Shown: piece after piece, positions 57,007 through 64,000 of the stretch
Position numbering within the stretch: the stretch's first letter is position 1
Layout: the number at the start of each line of letters is the position of its first letter
Assembly (NCBI GenBank): GCA_963822965.1
Contig: CAWGJT010000013.1
Span: 160,001-224,000 of the forward strand
Length of the DNA: 64,000 nucleotides
Direction of reading: 5' to 3'
DNA from: an uncultured delta proteobacterium
GTDB taxonomy: Bacteria; Myxococcota_A; UBA9160; UBA4427
Program-made: the position numbers and the translations under genes
The notes under the pieces: generated by a model
Seen by the model: the letters and a program-made list of their open reading frames with translations, nothing else
Told to the model about the DNA's origin: nothing
Databases searched by the model: none

Positions 57007-57450
57007 TCAGCTCGCTCGGGCGCGACGCGGGACGCGACGCGCCAGCACCGGACCCAGCAGATGGAACCCGCCCATGCCCACGATCATCGCGACGACGAAG
57101 AGCAGCACCTGGACCGACCCGGTCGAGAGCGCGGCCAGCGCCGCGCCCGGACAGAAGCCCGCCAGCCCCCAGCCGAGACCGAAGCAGGCGGCCCCCCCCA
57201 CCAGGCGCGCGTCGATGGGCCCTTGGCCGGGCAGCGGGGAGCCCAGGTCGCGGGCCGACGCCCGCCGGCGCGCGATGCCGGTGCCGAGCGCCGACACGAC
57301 GACTGCGGCTCCCATCACCAGGGCGAGACTGGGATCCCAGCCGCCGGCGACGTCGAGGAAGGAGATCACCTTCGCGGGGTTGGTCATGTCGGCGGTAGCC
57401 AGCCCGACCCCGAAGAGGATGCCCGAGAGCAGCGCCGTCGCGATCTTCAC
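57007..57450 (-). CDS. YeeE/YedE family sulfur transport membrane protein (DUF6691-like)
   Basis: MTNPAKVISFLD..GGWDPSL..VMG, FGLGWGLAGFCPG. Confidence 0.88.
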   Translation of the reverse strand: MKIATALLSGILFGVGLATADMTNPAKVISFLDVAGGWDPSLALVMGAAVVVSALGTGIARRRASARDLGSPLPGQGPIDARLVGGAACFGLGWGLAGFCPGAALAALSTGSVQVLLFVVAMIVGMGGFHLLGPVLARRVPRRARAS

Positions 57451-57878
57451 GCCGCACCTCCCAGCACGTGTCTCACCACGAACACGGTCACGCCGCCGAC
57501 GGCCATGAACGTGGCCGTCGCGGCGAGCGAACGCCTCGACAGGCGCGAGAGTCCGCAGATGCCGTGGCCGCTCGTGCAGCCGCTCCCGAGGCGGGTTCCG
57601 AAGCCGACGAGCAGACCCGCCACGACCAGTGCGGGGGGCGAGGTCACGATCTGTACGGGCAGACCGCCGCGGAGGAGACCCACGACGGCGGCGCCGATGG
57701 GGAGGCCGGCGAGAAAGGCGATCCGCCAGGCGCGCTTCTCTCCCGTGGCAGGCCACAGGGAATTGCCGAGGATGCCGCTGATGCCCGCGATGCGACCGTT
57801 GGCGACGAGCAGCACCACGGCGGACAGCCCCAGGGCGAGCCCGCCGAGAACGGCCGTGAAGGGGGTGAACTCGGTCAT
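57447..57878 (-). CDS. YeeE/YedE family sulfur transport membrane protein
   Basis: GRIAGISG, GLLVGFGTRLGSGCTSGHGICG. Confidence 0.9.
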   Translation of the reverse strand: MTEFTPFTAVLGGLALGLSAVVLLVANGRIAGISGILGNSLWPATGEKRAWRIAFLAGLPIGAAVVGLLRGGLPVQIVTSPPALVVAGLLVGFGTRLGSGCTSGHGICGLSRLSRRSLAATATFMAVGGVTVFVVRHVLGGAA

Positions 57879-57912
57879 CGACGAACTCCTCTCGCCGCGC
57901 GTCTGGCCGGCA

Positions 57913-58812
57913 TCAGATCCCACCCCCCTCGGCAAAGTGGAGATCCTGCATCTTGCGCTCTGCACCCCGGGACACCCGACCGGCGACGACGCCGACCCCG
58001 AGCATCGCCACGGCGAAGATCAGCTGGGGAACCGACGCGGGCAGCGCCGCCGACGTCGTGCTCGCCAGCAGGGCTCCCTCGCGCACGAAGATCGCGACGG
58101 ACATCACCAGGATGAAGCCCGCGAACGCTCGCCGCAGCGAGGCCGGCTCGACGACCCGGGCGAGGCGGGCGCCCACGAACGAGCCGCCCACCGCGCACGA
58201 GGCGACCGTCGCCACCACGGGCCAGTCGAGGTCCACGTGGCTCAGGTAGCCGAGCGAGCCGGCCGCGCAGTTGAGCACGATCACGAAGAGCGAGGTGCCC
58301 ACCGCCGCCGGCATCGGCAACCCCGCCCACAGCGCCAGGGCGGGCACGATCAGGAAGCCTCCCCCCGCCCCGACGAGCCCCGTGAAGGAGCCCACGGCGC
58401 CGCCCTGCATCAGAAGCTTCCGGGTCGCATGCGGATCAGCCGGCGCCCGACCCGGCGCGCGCCGCCCGCGCCACATGGCTCCGGCGGTGAGCAGCATCAT
58501 GGCCGCGAAGAGGAGCACGAGAAGGCCTCCATCGACGAGGGCCCCGACCCGTCCCCCCAGATAGGCCCCCGCCATCCCGGCACCGCCGAAGACGAGCCCT
58601 TCCTTCGGGCGCAGGTTGCCGGCCCGCCAGTGCTGGAGCGTGCCCGCCAGGCTCGCGATGCCGACGATCACCAGGGAGGACGCGATGGCCTGCTTGGGCT
58701 CGAAGCCGAAGACGTACAGCAGGAGCGGCACCGTCAGGATCGAGCCGCCGCCCCCGAAGAAGCCCAGGGACACGCCGATCAGCAGCGAGAGCGAGAGACC
58801 GAGAGGCGACAA
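57913..58812 (-). CDS. TauE/SafE family sulfite exporter
   Basis: GFFGGGGSILTVP, GLVGAGGGFLIVPAL, AVGTSL. Confidence 0.9.
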   Translation of the reverse strand: MSPLGLSLSLLIGVSLGFFGGGGSILTVPLLLYVFGFEPKQAIASSLVIVGIASLAGTLQHWRAGNLRPKEGLVFGGAGMAGAYLGGRVGALVDGGLLVLLFAAMMLLTAGAMWRGRRAPGRAPADPHATRKLLMQGGAVGSFTGLVGAGGGFLIVPALALWAGLPMPAAVGTSLFVIVLNCAAGSLGYLSHVDLDWPVVATVASCAVGGSFVGARLARVVEPASLRRAFAGFILVMSVAIFVREGALLASTTSAALPASVPQLIFAVAMLGVGVVAGRVSRGAERKMQDLHFAEGGGI

Positions 58813-58905
58813 GCGAGGGGCTCCTTCGTCCTTCTATCTATTCATCCATCGATCGACCAGCTACCGACCGGCTAGCGAATGCCCGCCGGGTCGTACGGGA
58901 TGGCC

Positions 58906-59475
58906 CTACAGAACCGCCAGGTCCCGGCGCAGGGCTTCGAGGGTGAGGTCGAGGTCCTGGGGCGGCCCGGACGCGCGCAGACGTTCGGCGAGGAGCTCGA
59001 GGGCGCGGTCGAAGGCCGCCGGGCTCGCGGCTCCCCCGGTCGCGTTCGCCTCGAGGAGCAGCGACTCGACCACCGCCCGGGCATCGGGACGCGTGGTACC
59101 GCTCACCTGGGAGAACCAGATCGTCAGACAGTCGAGCAGCTCGGACAGGGTCCGCAGCTCCTTGCGGCGGACGGGCAGCCCCGCGCGGTTCCAGGCGATC
59201 ATCCCGCCCTCCAGGTTCGTGAGCTCCCGGAAGCCGCGCGCGAAGAGCCGCTCGCAAGCGGTGGCCGATCGTCGTCCGGAGCGACACACCACCAGCAGCG
59301 GACCCGAGCCGGCGAGCTCCTCGGTGCGCCTCTCGATCTCGGCGAGGGGAATCACGAGGGCTCCCTCGATGGTGCCGAGCGGTCCCTCGATCTCGTAGGG
59401 CTCCCGCACGTCGACGACCCGGAGCTCGGCCAGGCGAGCCTCCACGTCTTCGGGGGACAGCTCATCGTACGTCAT
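58906..59475 (-). CDS. Rhodanese-domain protein with C-terminal helical extension
   Basis: VVDVREPYE, VCRSGRRS, NLEGGMIAW; GGAGG RBS. Confidence 0.88.
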   Translation of the reverse strand: MTYDELSPEDVEARLAELRVVDVREPYEIEGPLGTIEGALVIPLAEIERRTEELAGSGPLLVVCRSGRRSATACERLFARGFRELTNLEGGMIAWNRAGLPVRRKELRTLSELLDCLTIWFSQVSGTTRPDARAVVESLLLEANATGGAASPAAFDRALELLAERLRASGPPQDLDLTLEALRRDLAVL

Positions 59476-59629
59476 GGCTACTTCGCACCTCCGAATCCGT
59501 TCAGGCGAAGCTCGTGTCGGGCTCGGACAGCCAGCCGGCCCCAACGTTCCCCGCATCGACGGCAGCATCAGCGCCGCGCCTTTGCCGCCTGGGCTGTCAG
59601 CCATCGGCCGTCGGCTGCCAGTCGGGTAG

Positions 59630-59645
59630 AGCACGGAGCGTGCCA
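59630..59645 (-). promoter_or_regulatory. Sigma-54 promoter for the rhodanese/TauE/YeeE operon
   Basis: Minus strand reads TGGCACGCTCCGTGCT (GG-N10-GC); a divergent enhancer-binding protein gene lies next to it. Confidence 0.7.
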
Positions 59646-59725
59646 GCCGCGACGGTACCCGGATCCCCACCAGGACCATCCTACGCTCCCTGCCGGCCGA
59701 TGGGTCGGGTCTTGCATGGTTCACG

Positions 59726-59772
59726 TGAAACATATACCGTTTCATTATGGTTCATATGATACATAGTGAAAC
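59726..59772. promoter_or_regulatory. Putative upstream activator sites in an AT-rich island
   Basis: Palindrome TGAAAC-N7-GTTTCA (59726-59744), plus TGATAC (59757) and TGAAAC (59767). Confidence 0.6.
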
Positions 59773-59877
59773 ATTCCGATAGAGCCCGGAAGAGCCCAGA
59801 AGAACCGAAAGAATCCGAAAGAGACAGATGAGACAGACGAGACGAGGTCCCGCCAAGAGGCCGGGACGAGGGTCGGC

Positions 59878-61290
<1,413 letters not shown>

Positions 61291-61395
61291 GGGGAGCGAC
61301 TCGGGAAGCCCGGGCGTCCGCGGGAGCCGGGCGGCGCCCGACGCGAGAAATCACCGCACACCGCCAGAGCCGAGAGGTCGAGGCAGGGAGCCTGC

Positions 61396-61632
61396 ATGGT
61401 CGAAGAGAGGATCGAAGAAGGGCAAAAGGTCTCGGCCCTCGGCCGGGTCAAGGAGTTCTGCCGCGAGGATCCCATCTCGGTGGGGTTGCTCGTGGCGTTC
61501 ACCATCACCGGTGCGGTCGGCGCCTTCCTGATCCCCCTGGGCGACCTGTCGGTGACCCGACGCGTCATCGGCGGCGCGGTGGCGGGCCTGTACTTCGGGA
61601 TCTTCCCGCTGGGCTTCCGGCTCTTCCGGTAG
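61396..61632 (+). CDS. Small two-TM membrane protein
   Basis: GGAG RBS, two hydrophobic helices. Confidence 0.6.
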   Translation: MVEERIEEGQKVSALGRVKEFCREDPISVGLLVAFTITGAVGAFLIPLGDLSVTRRVIGGAVAGLYFGIFPLGFRLFR

Positions 61633-61666
61633 CTCCCGGAGGCTCGTCCCGGGCGGCCGCCGCGGG

Positions 61667-64000
61667 TCACAAGCCCCGGGGACGGGTTCCGATGACGCCC
61701 GCTTCCTCGAGGGCGTCGATGTCGTTCTCGCCGAGGTCGCAGAGCTCCCGCAGGATCTCGCGGTTGTGCTGGCCCAGGGTGGGCGCCGGCCGTCGCAGCC
61801 AGGCGTCGACGCTCGCGTAGCGGAAGGGCACGACCGGTGTCTGGTGGCGCCCCACCACCGCATGATCGAAGGGCTCGAAGAAGCGCCGGTGCGCGAGCTG
61901 CGGGTCCTCGCGCACCCTTCGCGGATCGACCACGGAGGCCGCCGGCACGCCCCGGTCCAGCAGCTCCCCGACGAGTGCTTCGCGGTCCCGTGCCGCGATC
62001 CACGGTCGGAGCCTCTCGTCGATCGCGTCGTGGGCCGCGCGCCGGCCGGCGTGACTCGCGAGCGCCGGATCGAGGGCCCAGGCGGGACGTCCCAGCAGCT
62101 CCGTGAGCGCGCGCCACTGCTCGTCGCTGGCGACCGACAGCGCCAGCCACCGCTCGCGGCCGGGCTCGCTGCCGCGGCACGGATACAAGCCCTGGGGCGC
62201 CGCCGCGGGAGAGCGATTGCCCTCGCGCCGCATGAGATTTCCATGGGCGGTGAGCTCGATCAGCTGCTCGGCCGCGGCGTTGAGCGCGCCCTCCACCATG
62301 GTGCACTCCACGTGAACGCCCTCCCCGCGCACCTCCCGCTCTTCCAGGGCGACCAGCAGGGCGAACGCCGCGTGCATGCCCGCCAGGGGATCACACGGCC
62401 CGCGCTGGATGCGCGGCTGGTCATCGGCATGCCCCGTCAGCCAGGCCAGGCCGGTCATCTGCTCCATCGTCTGGGCGAAGCCCGTGTGCTCGCGCCAGGG
62501 TCCCGTGAGCCCGAAGGCGGGCATGCGCACCAGCAGGGTGCGAGGGCTTCGCGCGTGGATCGTCTCCCAGCCGAGCCCGAAGTTGTCGAGTACCCGGGGC
62601 GTGAAGTTCTCGACGACTGCGTCGCAGCGCTCGAGGAGGCGCAGCATGACGTCGCGACCGCGCTCGTGGGAGAGGTCGAGCGCCAGCCCGCGCTTGTTGC
62701 TGTTCGCCGCCAGGAAGAACGAGCTGCACTCCCACCAGTCCGCGAAGCGTCCCTGCAGCATGCCGCCCACCATGCGCATGCCGTCCGGCCGACCGGTGGA
62801 CTCCACGTGGATCACGTCGGCGCCGAGGGTGGCCAGCATGTGGGTCGCCGAAGGTCCCGCCCACCACGCGGTCATGTCCACGATCCGCAGGCCCGCGAGC
62901 GGCAGCCGCGCAGGTCCCTCGGCGCGGGGGACCCTCCGCTCTCGCGCCTCGATGCGGCCCGTGTGCTCGCCCAGCGCGGGCGCCTTGCGGGGCGGCGCCG
63001 GCTCCTCCCCGGCGATGCGATAGGGCGGCCGCGGATACTCGAAGCCAGGTCCGTCCCCCGGTGCCTTCCGGAACACGTCCCGGGCCACGAGCTGCTCGTG
63101 ACGCCGCACGCTGTCGCCGTCGTTCACGGGCGCCACCGGAATGCGGAGCAGGCTGGCCGCCTCGATCACCTCCGCGGTGGTGTGACGCTTCGTCCATGCG
63201 TGCACGATCTCGTTCCATTCCGCGAGTCGCGCGACGCGACCCCCCACCTGGGCGAGCCCCGCATCCTCTCGCAGGTCCGGTCGCTCGATCATGAGCAGGA
63301 AGTCGGAGAACTGCTGGCGGGTGTTCGTGCAGAAGCCCACGTAGCCGTCGGCGGTGGGCTCGATCGACGGCGTCTCCACCGACTGCGGCAGGGGCCCGCT
63401 CGGGAGCACGCCGAGCAGGCTGCACATCAGGTCGGAGTAGTTCGTGCCGGCGATGTTCATGACCTCGAGGATCGAGAAGTCCACGTACTCGCCGTGGCCC
63501 GTCCGTCGTGCCCGGTAGAGCGCCGCCAGTGCGGCGACGGCCGCGAAGGTCCCCGCCAGCCACTCGGTGGTGCGCCCACCCGCCTGGAAGGGCTCCCGCC
63601 CCGGAAGCCCCCGGGTGCCGATCGAGCCACACCCCGCCTGGACGGTGAACTCCGTCGCGGGACGCGCCGCCTGGGGGCCCGTGCGGCCGAAGGGCGAGAT
63701 GGAGACGACCACGAGCCCCGGCTCTTCGCGCGTCAGCGCCGCCGCGTCCAGCGCGCCGGGCGCGAGGCTCTCCACCACCAGATCCGCTCCCGCGATGAGC
63801 GCGCGAACCTCCGGCGCGTCGGGGGTACCCACGCACGAGCGCTTGGAGAAGTTCAGGAACCGGAACAGGGCGCCGTCCCGGCCGTCCAGGGGCGCGCCGG
63901 TCGCCGACCAGCCTCGCAGGGGATCGCCGCCGGGCGGCTCCACCTTCACGACGTCGGCGCCGGCGTCGGCCAGCAGCTTGGTCGCGTACGGACCCGCGAT
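61667..64000 (-). CDS. Tandem-domain CaiB/BaiF (family III) CoA-transferase; 5' end lies outside the window
   Basis: IAGPYATKLLADAGADVVKVEPP; second domain LAGLRIVDMTAWWAGP, NSNKRG, VVENFTP, APTLGQHN. Confidence 0.9.
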   Translation of the reverse strand: MAGPYATKLLADAGADVVKVEPPGGDPLRGWSATGAPLDGRDGALFRFLNFSKRSCVGTPDAPEVRALIAGADLVVESLAPGALDAAALTREEPGLVVVSISPFGRTGPQAARPATEFTVQAGCGSIGTRGLPGREPFQAGGRTTEWLAGTFAAVAALAALYRARRTGHGEYVDFSILEVMNIAGTNYSDLMCSLLGVLPSGPLPQSVETPSIEPTADGYVGFCTNTRQQFSDFLLMIERPDLREDAGLAQVGGRVARLAEWNEIVHAWTKRHTTAEVIEAASLLRIPVAPVNDGDSVRRHEQLVARDVFRKAPGDGPGFEYPRPPYRIAGEEPAPPRKAPALGEHTGRIEARERRVPRAEGPARLPLAGLRIVDMTAWWAGPSATHMLATLGADVIHVESTGRPDGMRMVGGMLQGRFADWWECSSFFLAANSNKRGLALDLSHERGRDVMLRLLERCDAVVENFTPRVLDNFGLGWETIHARSPRTLLVRMPAFGLTGPWREHTGFAQTMEQMTGLAWLTGHADDQPRIQRGPCDPLAGMHAAFALLVALEEREVRGEGVHVECTMVEGALNAAAEQLIELTAHGNLMRREGNRSPAAAPQGLYPCRGSEPGRERWLALSVASDEQWRALTELLGRPAWALDPALASHAGRRAAHDAIDERLRPWIAARDREALVGELLDRGVPAASVVDPRRVREDPQLAHRRFFEPFDHAVVGRHQTPVVPFRYASVDAWLRRPAPTLGQHNREILRELCDLGENDIDALEEAGVIGTRPRGL

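Noticed and set aside
59476..59620. Riboswitch in the leader of the sulfur operon
   Set aside because: It contains GGCAAA and short hairpins but lacks the rest of any riboswitch consensus I recognise

Overview
High-GC bacterial chromosome segment. Gene content (HpnN/HpnM/MlaA trio, DUF6178-like protein, PEP-CTERM protein, sigma-54 activator, tandem CoA-transferase) suggests a Myxococcota/deltaproteobacterial lineage, which is an inference. About 60 CDSs, mostly housekeeping and catabolic; no rRNA, tRNA, CRISPR array, prophage or transposase was recognised. Most notable: (1) a 67-aa stand-alone bacterial histone (19238-19441) with a Lys-rich N-terminal tail, a near-consensus sigma-70 promoter and a long structured RNA-like region just downstream; (2) a translationally coupled class-III aminotransferase + LuxE-like + LuxC-like operon with no luciferase, possibly an acid-to-aldehyde-to-amine pathway; (3) a serine palmitoyltransferase-like gene next to an MMPL/MlaC/MlaA lipid-trafficking trio, with a MITE between them; (4) four short tandem arrays each seeded on a gene's own stop codon; (5) a leader peptide/attenuator candidate before an RNHCP gene; (6) a sigma-54-driven rhodanese/TauE/YeeE sulfur-trafficking operon with a Cys-cluster PAS activator. 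All family calls come from recognising motifs by eye; no database searches were run.
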